A DNA stretch of 64,000 nt from Octopus sinensis. Its lineage: Eukaryota. Where the stretch lies: assembly GCF_006345805.1 (NCBI RefSeq), contig NC_043001.1, positions 64,108,001 through 64,172,000 on the forward strand. The letters are read 5' to 3'. Made by a program: the position numbers and the translations under genes. The notes beneath the pieces are model-generated. The model made no database searches. It was given only the letters and a program-made list of their open reading frames with translations, and was not told the origin of the DNA. This document shows positions 39,880-52,244 of this stretch, one piece after another (positions within the stretch are counted from its first letter, which is position 1; each line of letters starts with the position of its first letter).

Positions 39880-39921
39880 GCTGCATTGAAAAGGGGCAAT
39901 ACCCCGAAACGCGTCTGTAGC
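39880..39921 (+). ncRNA. Minimal type I hammerhead, U3-A8 core variant, all stems intact
   Basis: GCTGCA-TTGAAAA-GGGG-CAATA-CCCC-GAAA-CGCG-TC-TGTAGC. Confidence 0.8.
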
Positions 39922-40284
39922 TGCCGGTCAAGTAGTGTGGAGCGACTGACCTCCCTTGTTCGAAGGTTATATGGATACAGTTTGTGTATCAAATAGCTAA
40001 CTTAAGGCGATGGCCTCATGGAGCTAATAAGCGGACAGCTTTATTCTTATTTTTATAAGAATGCCATATTAGTATGGCGATAACTATATATATATATATA
40101 TATATATGTATAAGAGACCAAAGTGTACGTACACCGCTATATTTATATAAAAAGGAATACCAAAAATGATACAAGAACGCAAAATATCCAGAAAGTTAGA
40201 TGATACAAAAAAGGACAACAAAGCATCCAGACAGACGATACAAGAAAACGTGGACGGGTCATTCGAACTTTTCTTTCTTCGGTC

Positions 40285-41010
40285 GATTTCCAGATTATCT
40301 TTGCAATTTCAGCTGTTTATACTCGAGATTGCCCCAATCTGGCCAGCCCAAGGAAAAACTAAGCTAAGAGCACAAGATTCCTTGGAGAAGGCAGCAAATG
40401 TATACGAAATCGAAGACGGAAAAAACGGGAAATTGCTACACAAATATAAATGCAAATAAAAGACATTAACAAGAGGTGTATTTTGACTAAGGATGAATTA
40501 AATTAAGTTCGCATGCATGGAAGTGAAGCCTTACGGCAGGGACATAAGAGATGACAAGCATAAGGAGGAATATCCTTGTTTCTATCAGCCCCTTCACACT
40601 TCATTCTTTCCACTCTTTTTTCTTTTTTCCCCCCTCTCACATTTCTTGGCTTTCTCTTCATTCTCACCTTCCCTTCTCTTTCACTTCACTCTATCCCTTT
40701 TCTTTTTTTCTCCTCCCTCCATTGTTCTTCTATGCCTCTGCCTCTACCTCTCTCTCTTCTCTCTCCACGTGACCGGTGTTCGGCCAAGCCTGAACTTTCT
40801 TTCTTGGTTCGACTACACCTCTTGTTAATGTCTTATTTGCATCTGTATTTGTGTACCATTTCTCCGTTTTCTTTTACGTCCTTGTTTTCGTATAATTCGC
40901 TGCTTTCTTCCAAGGAATCTAGTGCTCTTAACTTAGTTTTTGCTTGGAGCTGGCCAAATTGAAGCAATCTCGAGTATAACCAGCCGAAATTGCAAAGATA
41001 ATCTGGAACT
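40285..41010. repeat. ~150-bp diverged inverted repeats (PLE-pLTR-like) around a CT-rich spacer
   Basis: 40287-40435 is the reverse complement of ~40860-41008 (TTCCAGATTATCTTTGCAATTTC / GAAATTGCAAAGATAATCTGGAA). Confidence 0.7.
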
Positions 41011-41149
41011 CAACTGTATAGTGTGTTATGAGAATTTATGGAAAGGTATCGCATAGAACTCAACAAATTTCTTAAAAATAGAGAAGAGACGTTAAAATTT
41101 GAAAGAATTTTAATACATGCATACAATCGTTTCAAACAGCAATGTTAAC

Positions 41150-42050
41150 ATGTAAATTCATGGTAGAATGATTAAATTAATTTGATTAAATTAAATTAAT
41201 TACATATCACTGTTCTCCTCAGTGCAAGAAGTGTAAGCAAAAAATTATTATTTTCACAGAAGATTTGATGAAGGAATTTGTTCTCTGCTATTTCTCTTTT
41301 TAATTTAAAATATACCCTCATTCGTTTTCTACAATGATCTTTCATCTCTCTGGTAGACTTGGAAGGATCCTCTTCCAAAATTCACTTGTCCATTATGAAA
41401 AAGTACTCCTCTAGTACTGTTCTGACCTCGTCTACAGAATTCATATTTTTTCCATCCAAATGATTTTGAAGACTGGAATAAATGATAATCAGATGGGGAA
41501 TATGGTGGGTGGGGCATCGTTTCCCATGCAAACTGTATGGAATGTCATCCTCGCTGTATGTGGCCGAGCATTATCCTGATGGAAGAACACCTTTCATCTT
41601 GAAACCAAAAATGGTCGTTTTTCTTCTAGTGCTGACTTAAGCTGCTCAAGCTGCTCTTAGTAGATCTCCTTTGTTATCGTTTGATTTGGGTTTAAAAGTT
41701 CAAAGTGGACTAAACCTTTCATATCCCACCAAACAGATAACAACACCTTACGTGAGTGAAGATCTTCTTTATCCTGGGGTGCCAGTGTTTCTCCTTTCTC
41801 TACTCACTGCCTTCAGTGCTTGACATTTTTATAAAGAACCCATTTCCCATCACCAGTCACTCAGTCACTCTTTGGACCAAAAATGGTTTATTCATGAGAC
41901 ATGACAGCAAAGAAGAGCACACATTCACTCACTGAGCACGATTAGACTCGGAAAGTTTGTGAGGAACCTATTGACCTAATTTTCTGACTTTTCCAAGGGC
42001 ACACAGGTGTTGATGAATGGTCGAATGACCAAATCCAAGCTTCTCTGCTA
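41150..42050 (-). mobile_element. Highly decayed mariner transposase
   Basis: MPHPPYSP-SDYHLF motif (ORF 41329-41517) and upstream DDD-domain remnants. Confidence 0.65.
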
Positions 42051-42055
42051 GCTCC

Positions 42056-42330
42056 TCAACAGTTACGATGGGATTTTGTTCCACCAGTCTTGGTCTTTAA
42101 TGTATTTACCTGCATCCTGAAGCGTTCGTTAGCCGTGTTGTAAATATCGATTGTCCTTTGTAGGCCATCTGCGGTCCAGCTCGGGAAGGCATCGGTATAC
42201 TGCATCTCACGGACTGAGATGGCAGAGGTCCTCATCTTTGCATGGAGGCATGCAAGATTGAAGAGTCTGCCATCCAGGCTGTTGTTGTTCTTGACACTTC
42301 TGTAGTTGAAGGGCACAAAAGATCATAACG
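42056..42330 (-). mobile_element. RTE RT fragment
   Basis: DGRLFNL..L.AK...VREMQY.D..LQR..F...VNTLKTK is homologous to the RTE RT. Confidence 0.7.
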
Positions 42331-42775
42331 ATTGTGTCAAGAACAACAACAGTCTGTGTCACACACAATAATTTTTATGTGAATACCAACCTTGGTACAG
42401 AAATATTGGCAGAATGATATTTGGGTAATGTATGCAGTCAATTTAACCCAACTGAATATATAATCCGCTCTTAAGCTATTCAGACACATACACTTTATTA
42501 AATATACAGTCCATAATATACTTCAAAACATGCAGGGTCATGTTCTGAGATAGATGAATTAAAAATAAAAAAGTAACAATTGAAGGACAGAATCATTGAA
42601 TATGTATGTCGCCGTGGGTTTTAAATTATTTAAAATGCCTTGATTGCAAGATTCATGTATTAATCTGAATAAAACGGTTTTTTATAATGATATAATGTAT
42701 TCATTTATCAATTAAAATTTCGTTAGAAACGGCCATAGTGGATTGATACCTGTCCTTCAATTGTTACTTATATAT

Positions 42776-43260
42776 ACAGTACCATGCAAAAGTCTTCGGT
42801 CACTTTAAACTATTGTAAATTTCTACTAATTGCCAACTTATAAGTGGATGTTGCGCATTGCGTTTTTTACAGATGAAACATTGGCCCTGTTGGAGTCATT
42901 TCCATACCTAATCATTATATTTTGTAGTAGGGGTTCTGAATGAGAGGGGAAGATGCAAGACGACCACCAAAAATGGCCGTGGAAAAGTTTTCGGCCACCT
43001 CACATAAACCAATCAAGATACACTGTTTTAAAACAGAAAAATGTCTATAATGAAAATTTATTACATAATGTTCATTTCAAGAAGTTACTGTACATTGTTA
43101 ATATTTCGTGTAGCTTCCTTTAGCTTCAGTGCACCTTGGAAGAGATGCGTATAAATCTTTCACCATCTTCACAGGTATGAGATGCCATTCCCTGTGGCCA
43201 AGCTCCCACAACTCATGTGAAACATCCACTTATAAGTTGACATGGGATCCCTTGACGACA
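42776..43260. mobile_element. Tc1-like relic
   Basis: TA|CAGTACCATGCAAAAGTCTT TIR-like start; a minus-strand remnant resembles a Tc1 C-terminus. Confidence 0.35.
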
Positions 43261-43403
43261 ATGTGAATTTCATTTGATTAAGGTTTCTTTGGCCTGGCAA
43301 GTAGCTAGCGGATTACTCCTCGATCCGAGGTTCTGCTAGCTATGAAACACATGTAGCCTGGATTTTATCTACTCTATTCCATAATTTTGGATTTTTATTT
43401 CTT

Positions 43404-43436
<33 letters not shown>

Positions 43437-43810
43437 ATGCGCATATAAAGTAACAAACTGAGGAAAAGAAATCCTTCAAAGGAGTGTGTTAAACATCCAG
43501 TTCAATGGTGCTTCAGCTGGATACCATATAATTATTGGTATAATTCAATTATAAAGATAAATTAATTATAGAGATCCAGTAATTTTTTATATTACAATAT
43601 TTCATTAAATACTATGAATATTATATATAACATAACAATATTATATAAATAATTATAAAAACCATAAAAGGCCAACAAATTGTTTCGACTTATATATATT
43701 TTTTTTTCTGATATACATAACCATAATCACAGTTTCATTATATATATAGCCACACGGAATTTTGTCTTTTCTGAACAAAATACCCTGAAGTGACTATATA
43801 TATAAAGGAA

Positions 43811-44191
43811 CTAGCAGTATCGCCCGGCGTTGCTCAGGTTTGTAAGGGAAATAACTATAAAGCATTTTTAGAGAGTTATAGCCAAAAAATAGCAAAAAAA
43901 TGGAATAAAATGATGGTAAATTTTTTTTTGAGATTTAAAAAAGGTGGAGTTGCGTCCCCTAGACAGTTTGTGGTTCGTGTTTCTGATTCTCGACCCCATG
44001 TCGAATTTATCGATTTTTTTCAGAACTGGGGGAACTTTTCAAAATTTTCGCTGCGTTAGTTTTGAATTATGACATTGGGCTATGTGTGTGTCAAGTTTCA
44101 TCAGAATCGGTTGAAAGCCGTGGTCAGGGTGAGGGTACAAGCAAACAGACACACAGAAACACGCACAGACAAACTGCCGTTTATATATAGA
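43811..44191 (-). mobile_element. Non-autonomous Helitron-like element
   Basis: TC... 5' end and CCCGG hairpin plus CTAG 3' end; matches parts of 2912-4735. Confidence 0.65.
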
Positions 44192-44475
44192 GAGATTGTG
44201 ATTATGTATATCAGAAGAAAAATATATATATAAGTCGAAACAATTTGTTGGCCTTTTATGGTTTTTATAATTATTTATATAATATTATGCTATGTTATAT
44301 ATTATATTCATAGAATTTAATGTAATGTTGTAATATAAATAAATTATTTGTCAATAGAATATCTCCATATTTAATTTATCTTTATATATATATACATACA
44401 TATAGCGGAGTAAACACATAAATGTGAAACAAGATAGAAAAAAGAGTACTCAAATACCAGAGGTAGAGTAGTATG

Positions 44476-44643
44476 CTTTATTTAAAAGCAGCAGAAATTT
44501 AACAAAAGCTGTTACTTGGAGTTTTACGTTCCCGTTCGTCGGACAGTTTTTTTCTTTGTTTTCTTAACAAAACTGTCCGACGAACGGGAACGTGAAACTC
44601 CGAGTAACAGCTTTTGTTAGATTTCTGCTGCTTTTAAATAAAG
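44476..44643. repeat. ~170-bp palindrome of two outward-facing hammerhead-like motifs (CCGACGA core)
   Basis: + arm 44573-44610: CTGT-CCGACGA-ACG-GGAA-CGT-GAAA-CTC-C-GAG-TA-ACAG; mirror at ~44508-44546. Confidence 0.8.
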
Positions 44644-44650
44644 TATATAT

Positions 44651-44742
<92 letters not shown>

Positions 44743-44872
44743 TGTATGTATGTATGTATGTATGTATGTATGTATGTAGTATGTATGTATGTATGTATGT
44801 ATGTATGTATGTATGTATGTATGTATGTATGTGTGTGTGTGTATATATGTATATATATATGCATGTAATATA

Positions 44873-44927
<55 letters not shown>

Positions 44928-45018
44928 GCATATATACACACACAGATACACAGACACGTGCACACACACATACGAGTGAGGAGTGAGTAGACAAACACAT
45001 TTCTTAGGAGTTGCATGC

Positions 45019-45174
45019 ATAGATCAAAACAGTTTGATTCAGACTCCTTGGTACTCTGAGTTTAAAGCATGTCATTAGTCTTCGGTCATTAAGATCTGAA
45101 TCTGACCCCAATGGCCGAAGACTAGCCACATGCTTCAAACTCAGAGTACCAAGGTTCTGAATCAAACTGTTTTG

Positions 45175-45180
<6 letters not shown>
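45019..45180. repeat. ~160-bp palindrome of two degenerate hammerhead-like motifs (CCGAAGA core)
   Basis: + arm 45112-45151: TGG-CCGAAGA...CAAA-CTC-A-GAG-TA-CCA, mirrored on the minus strand. Confidence 0.7.
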
Positions 45181-45205
<25 letters not shown>

Positions 45206-45292
45206 AATCTTTCTGTCTGTCTGTCTGTCTTTCTATCTATCTATCTATCAATCTTTTTGTCTGTCTGTCTGTCTTTCTATCTATCTATCATC

Positions 45293-47303
45293 TGGTTTGC
45301 CCTAAAGAAATCAAAGCAGAATCAATTAGGTATAGCAAGCCTTTAGCAATAGACCACAATAGAATAGAGGGGGGCTTAGATAAGAAATTAGAAGAAGCAC
45401 TTATAACTGGCATCGCGTCCAATGTGCTGGCGGTGAGGTTGGCCCTTGACCAACACTTCAACACCAAACACGAAGGTTGCGTTGTCAGAACTAGGGTGCG
45501 TGCTCTGAGAAACGAAGGAACTGTAGCCACTCGAGAAGCCTGGGTGGTGAAGGCGCAACATAGCAACAAAGCCACCATTCAGTCTCTGATGGATGAGCAG
45601 GGGCATGAATTACTTGAGCCTGAAAGGATGTGTGAGGTTTTTCAGTAGCACTTTGCCCGACTGTTTGGGACGATTGGTGGGTAGAACGCAGGGTTGACTT
45701 TAGTGCCTACCTGCATGGCCTGCCACGACTCTCGGCAAGAGAGGCAGTGTTGTGAAAGATCCATCACATCTGCAGATGAATGGAATGTGATGGTAGGCTG
45801 CGCAAGAGACAAGTCGCCGGGCTTGGATGGTCTGCTCTACAAGCTTTATTGTCATATGCCAGACTTGTTTGGAGAAGCCTTGGCAACACTCTACTGCAAC
45901 TGGGACACTGGACCAATGGACTGGTTAAATTGCTCGGAGTCTGGTTCAGTCCACACCTCCAAATGGAGAAAAGCTGGGACGAGATAATGAGTGGCCAGTC
46001 TCACTCAGCAATGGGTCAAAAGGAAGCTATCTCTAAAAGGTCAGGCTGAGGTGGTGAATGCGTACATCGCATCTGTCATCTACTACCATCTGACCATCGT
46101 GCCTTGTCCCGACCCTACCATCACAAAACTGGAGCGCACACTCTTCTGCTTTTTGTGGAAGGGAAGCATTCTGAAGGTCAGGTGATCCATTTGCTGCCAA
46201 CATCCACTAAATGAAGGGCTGGGCATACCGTGGTTAATGATGCCTGAGACTGCGACATCTCCAGCGTTTCATAGACAGCAGTGAACAGGTGTAGTCGTTG
46301 ATTGTGAGGCGCACTTTCCCGCAGCTCGTCTCTTTGACTGAACTGCAATCATCGATCAAACAAAGACCGAGGCTAGGTGAATGACACCACGTGTGCCACT
46401 TTGCTCTCAAGCAGCTCTGCCGTCCGGGATCAAACTTGTGCGACTTGAGTTCCACAAAGGTGTTCTATAAAGGATTAGTGGAGGGGAGGTGCAACATTGT
46501 TCATGAGGAGACCTTGGGCATTGATGAGGGAATCCTGGCCTGCCTCTTCAGGACCACTTTTGGGCTGGGATCTATGGACAATTTCCAAGATCCCTGGCCT
46601 AGCAGTGCTATCGGGAAGCATTGCCCGTTTGGGATAAGTTCTACAGATATGGTTCGAGAAACACCGGACCGACCTGCCCGAGATGTGATCAGAGAGACAA
46701 AGCCATTCTGCACACACTCGTGCAGTGCCCAAATATTTCAGACCTGTGGGCTTATGTCGAGCGGCTGTTGTCACGAGTTCGGTTGTCGGCCAAGTCAATC
46801 GTGAATATTGCCCCGCCATCTTCCTTTAATCGGGAAGCAAGGCAGTTTTCACTATACTGGTGGCTATTATGTGTGGTGGACTCGTTTGAAAGGTTTAGTA
46901 ATAAACACTTGTCTCTCTGGCTAACCTCTCATCAACTTCATGTACCACTTGAAGAAGAAGGTGAGAATAGAGAGGGAAGTTTTATTCAATGAAAGATTCA
47001 ATAAAAGGTGGGTGAATGTGGCAAGGATGGTATGAATAAATGACGAAACCACTTTGAGCATGATCCAATAAAACAAAGAGAGAAAGAGCGCCTTGCTCAT
47101 GTTAGTGTTTTTTTCCTTGTCGTTTCCGGGGTTACCGTGGTTCGTTTTCACAGGTTTTTCTTTCAACAGATAAACCTAGTCAATGTTACATTTCCTCCCC
47201 ACTTTTGGGAATGCTTATTGTTAACGCTTACTGTTAATGACTTTTCTGTTATTCTACATTGTGCTGTACCCTCTGTGTTTGGCCCTACGTCGCTAAAAAA
47301 AAA
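45293..47303 (+). mobile_element. Second Tx1-like LINE: 5'-truncated, internally deleted, decayed, with a poly(A) end in a (TCTA/TCTG)n tract
   Basis: Homologous to 37060-39600 (HEGCVVR, KSPGLDGLLY, TNGLVKLLGVWF, SLKGQAEV, CPRCDQ); RT core missing; A9 at 47295-303. Confidence 0.85.
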
Positions 47304-47336
47304 TCTATCTGTCTGTCTGTCTATCTTCTCTTATTT

Positions 47337-47372
47337 CTTTCTGTTGAAGAATGTAGGCTTGAAACGTAAAAG
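47337..47372 (+). ncRNA. Eroded minimal hammerhead-like motif (CTGTTGA core), same layout as 20981
   Basis: CTTT-CTGTTGA-A-GAAT-GTAG-GCTT-GAAA-CG-TA-AAAG. Confidence 0.45.
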
Positions 47373-47817
47373 ACTTTTTGCATTTTCCTGAGTGTCAAAC
47401 TAATACAGTTGCTTGTTGCTCATTTACCTGTCTCTGTTTTTTGTTTTTCTATATATTTCAACTACACACACACACAGATACACACATACACACGCGTGCA
47501 CACACATTCAAACTCAGACTAGTAAGCCCCTTTCAAAGTTATCCAGAGCAAGGTTTGGGGTGGCTTTTTGTGAGACTTTAGATTGTAAGAGTCCTTTTCA
47601 TTTGAAGAGTAAGAGTTATTGGATTTGAGGTAAAAGTAGAGAGCTCTCCACCTCATTCGTGTAATGAAGTCGTTTGTTTTCTGTAGTAAGAGTTCCATGT
47701 AGAAATCCCTGAGTGGAATTCAGATATTCTTTGTAGATGTGCCCAACTATTGCTTATCCGTAAGTGTTATCTATAGTGTAATTTATCTATCTATCTCCCC
47801 CCCTCTCTATCTCTCTC

Positions 47818-47852
<35 letters not shown>

Positions 47853-47994
47853 TAGAGAAAAATCACTATTATGTAATTCAAACAATGATAGACATAAACC
47901 ATATCATATTGAAAAAATAAAATATATTATAAGACATATATCGAGATCACAAAAAGTACAAAAAAATGAATAAACATTATATAATAAGTAAAAA

Positions 47995-48096
47995 GACTAC
48001 GTACGTTTCGTTGCTATAACTTCAATTCGAATTACAATAAAATTTAAATTTAATCCAAAAGCAATTCAATTTAAAAGTATAGTCACTCCTCAGGTC
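47995..48096 (-). ncRNA. Type I hammerhead motif, very long stem II
   Basis: GAC-CTGAGGA-GTGACTATACTT...AAGTTATAGCAAC-GAAA-CGTACG-TA-GTC. Confidence 0.7.
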
Positions 48097-48251
48097 AACA
48101 ATAATAACAATAATAGTTAAATAAATACATATTTTTTGTAAATAATCAAAGAGAATTAAACAATATTTTTTAAAGAAATAAAAAGTTGATTCTTCCTTTA
48201 ACTAAATTTGAAACTTAAAAAGTAGGATCAGATGTCCATAAGACATTTATC

Positions 48252-50380
48252 ATGTATGTATGTACTTGACACAATAGGTCTCCTCAAGCACAGCAGGCCG
48301 TCCTGCAGCCCATGAACTCACTTCATTTGTCGCGTCTTCGAAGTTACTGTATATCTCCAGAGGTCTTGGTCTTTCATCATAGCCTCTATGAGGCCCAACG
48401 TACGAAGGTCATGCTTGACCACCTCATCCCATGTCTTCCTGGGTCTACCTCTACACCGGATTCCTTCAACAGTTTGGGAGTGGCACTTCTTCACACATCT
48501 CTCCTCATCCATCCGTAGTACATGACCATACCAACGCAAGCATCTCTCCTGCACGCTGCATCCGATGCTTCTTATGTTCAGCATTTCTCTCAGGGCACTT
48601 ACACTCTGTCGTGCATGGACACTGACATTACACATCCAGTGGATCATGCTAGCTTCATTTCTTTCGAGTCTACGCATGTCCTCCGCAGTCACAGCCCATG
48701 TTTCACTGCCGTGAAGCATGGCAGTTCACGCATATGCGTCGTACAATCTGCCTTTCACTCTAAGCGAGAGGCCCTTTGTCGCCAGTAGGGGAAGAAGCTT
48801 TCTAAACTTTGCCCAGGCTATTCTTATTCTAGTGGTAACACTCTCTAAGCATCCACCCCCACTACTAACTTGGTCACCTAGGTAGCGGAAACTGTCAACT
48901 ACTTCTTAATTTCTCCCCCAGGAGGGCAATGGAATCTGTTTTCTGAGTATCAATGGTGTCTATTGCCCCTGTGCATCTGCTGCACACGAAAGCTATCTTC
49001 TCGGTTAATTTTCCTTTGATGTTGCTGCACCTCTTATGTGTCCATAGCTTACACTGGGTACATCTTATGGAGTTTCTACCTACACCTTTACTAGAACTTT
49101 GGTCTTTGCTACATTGACTCTAAGATCTTTTGATTCTAAACCTAGTTTCCACTCACGAAATTTCTTCCCTAGTTCCAGTAGTGATTCTGCTACGAGGGCT
49201 AGGTCATCAGCATAGAGGAACTCACAGGGGCAATCCGTCTTGAATTCCTCTGTTATTGCCTGGAGGACTATGATGAATAGAAGGGGACTGAGGGCTGAGC
49301 CTTGATGGACGCCTACTTCTACCCTGAATTCTTCCCTGTACTCATTGCCAATCCTAACCTTACTAACAGCCTCTCTGTAAAGGGCCTGTACAGCCCTTAT
49401 TAACCATTCGTCAATCTCCAGTTTCCGCATCGCCCACCAAATAAGGGATCGGGGGACCCTGTCAAAGGCTTTCTCCAAGTCCACAAAAGTATAGGGGTTT
49501 ATCTTTGGCTAGGTATTTCTCCTGCAGTTGTCGAACCAGTAATATGGCATCAGTGGTGCTTCTACTTGGCACAAAACCGAACTGCATCTCATCTAAGCAG
49601 ACTCTCTCCCTGATGAGATGGGCTATGACCCTCACCGTGACCTTCATTACCTGATCCAGCAGCTTGATACCCCTGTAGTTATTTCTATCTAGAACATTAC
49701 CTTTACCCTTGTAGCAGTTGACTATGGTGCTGCTACGCCAGTCGTTGGGTATGACTCCATCATGAACTACCTGGTTTACAATGCGGGAGACTAGGCCATA
49801 GCCCACACCACCAGATGTTTTAAGCATCTCAGCAGTGATTCCTGATGGGCTGGGGGCTTTTTCTGGCTTCATACCCTTAACTGCTTTATCTACTAGGGAG
49901 CTGTCTATACGGATAGCTGGTCCTTCTACTGTCAACATTCTATGTCAACATTTGGCAGGCTCTCCTCCTCCCATTCATTCTCCACATTCAGCAGTCTTTC
50001 ATAATGGCTTCTCCAAGCCTCTTTCTTTTCAGAATCATTAAAAGCAAGTGCACTATCCTCCATTCGGACACATTTCTCTCCTGTGACATCAAAATTTTCT
50101 CTCGCACACTGTCTTGCGATCCGAAATACCTCAGCTCTTTGGTCCTTACGTTGCTGGACATTGGCAAACTTCTTCTTTTCCACTTCGCTCTTGACTGTGT
50201 ATACCTGCCGCCCAGCCTCCCTTTTGGCTACCTGGTACAGTTCCTTGCTACCCGCATCCTTCCAGGCTTTCCAGGCCTGTTTCTTTGCCCTAATGGCTTT
50301 GTCTACCATACTATTCCACCACCACGTAACTCTAGGTCTGGAAGGGACTTTGCACCAGTCACAGACTTGGTCTGTGGCAC
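48252..50380 (-). mobile_element. RTE-clade LINE (second family), 5'-truncated and decayed
   Basis: NYRGIKLLD, MQFGFVP, DLEKAFDRVPR, VHQGSALSP, LYADDLAL and LHGSETWA motifs; short (TACA)n 3' tail. Confidence 0.9.
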
Positions 50381-50394
50381 ATATATATATATAC

Positions 50395-50650
50395 ATTCTT
50401 TTATTCTTTTATCCTTTTACTTGTTTCTGTCATTTTGACTGCGGCCATGCTGGAGTACTGCCTTTAGTTGAGCAAATTGACCCCAGATTTTATTTTTTGT
50501 AAGCCTAGTACTTATTCTATCAGTCTCTTTTGCCAAACCGCTAAGTTACGGAAACGTAAACACACGAGCATCGGTTGTCACATGATGTTGGCAGGACACA
50601 CAGACACAACCATATACACACACATACATATATGTATATGTATATCTATC

Positions 50651-50684
<34 letters not shown>

Positions 50685-50845
50685 CACACACACATGACGG
50701 GCTTCTTTGAGTTTCCATCTACCAAATCCACTCACAAGGCTTTGGTCAGCTGAGGCTATAGTAGAAGACACTTGCCCAAGGTGCCCTGAACCCGGAACCA
50801 TGTGGTTGGGAAGCAAGCTAGTTACCAGACAGCCACTCCTGCACC
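50395..50845 (-). mobile_element. Octopus-type tRNA-derived SINE
   Basis: Diverged match to 1651-2082. Confidence 0.8.
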
Positions 50846-50857
50846 TATACATATATA

Positions 50858-50978
<121 letters not shown>

Positions 50979-50979
50979 G

Positions 50980-51026
<47 letters not shown>

Positions 51027-51110
51027 GGTCCCGGGTTGATTCGGGGGTTAACCACAGTAAATAAGGTACTCAATACATAGCAGAGTAAAATTAATTTATT
51101 ATATAGAAGG

Positions 51111-51161
51111 AGCTTCTACAGGACTAGAACTGTTTCATTCAAGAGAAATCATCAGGAAGCT
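51111..51161 (-). ncRNA. Type I hammerhead motif (mirror of 61366-61416)
   Basis: AGCTTC-CTGATGA-T-TTC-TCTT-GAA-T-GAAA-CAG-(8)-CTG-TA-GAAGCT. Confidence 0.7.
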
Positions 51162-51413
51162 AGTTAACAAGAATTGTATTGGCATTTATACATTTAGGCA
51201 GGTTTAAGGTGGGGGACTTTTTGGGGGTAGGCATAGCGCAAAAATATCATACTTGGGGGAGTGGTCGAGGAGTCAGTGGTAAATTAGATAAAAGAATAAA
51301 AAAATATATAGAAGAATAGAGTTTTAGGTAAATAAGGAGATTCTCACTTATACATATACACATATGTATATATATATACACACACACACACATATACATA
51401 CACACATACATAT

Positions 51414-51444
<31 letters not shown>

Positions 51445-51739
51445 CATATATATAATTAATTAATAAGGGTGAGAGAATTAGATACTAATTTAATAGTATA
51501 TCTATTCAACACCAAGTGGCCTAGTGCTCCGACTATTAAATTAGTATCTAATTCTCTCACCCTTATTAATTAATTATAATTATGCTGCATTTATTTCTAA
51601 ATGCTGTATTTGTTTTCCGTGAAAGTTTGGCGCGCTGTTAGTTGGGGCATTTGAATTATAACGTCGGATGTAATCAATTGAACCACACGCGTATTTATCG
51701 TTATGGTAAAATCTGGCGTGTGATTGAGTGGATTTCATC

Positions 51740-51835
51740 CAGATAGTTTTGGCTGACGAGCTACAAGTGGATTTTTTTGTAAGTAAAATTACATTTAATT
51801 CATTAATAGCGAAACAATTGTCCCAAAATAATCTG
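51740..51835 (+). ncRNA. Canonical type I hammerhead motif
   Basis: 13-bp stem I; CTGACGA 51753-59; GCTA/TAGC; GAAA 51811-14; CAATTG; UC 51821-22. Confidence 0.85.
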
Positions 51836-51989
51836 TATTTTTGTTATTTTTTATTTGCCCTGTCCGTGTGAGCTAACAATCGTACTGACTTTCATGGGAA
51901 ACATGTATTTTTGTGGTTGAAACCTTTTGGATTAACTGGTGCTAGAGTGAGCCATATAGTGACCACTCTCTTATATTTATTTTATATAC

Positions 51990-52030
<41 letters not shown>

Positions 52031-52194
52031 CATACATATGCATACACACATACACACACACATGTATATATACACACACGCCCACACATACATATACACA
52101 CAAAAATATATACATAAACACACATACACATACACACATACACACACATATCTACATACACACATGCATACATAAGTCCATATATACACACACA

Positions 52195-52244
<50 letters not shown>

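Noticed and set aside
40245-40290. Minus-strand CCGAAGA...TTCGAAT motif
   Set aside because: It lacks GAAA and a coherent stem II and stem I; too degenerate to call.
44225-44260. GAAA-CAATTTG-TT-GGCC hammerhead 3' half (inverted copy near 43670)
   Set aside because: No upstream CUGANGA core or stem I partner is present; a truncated pLTR only.
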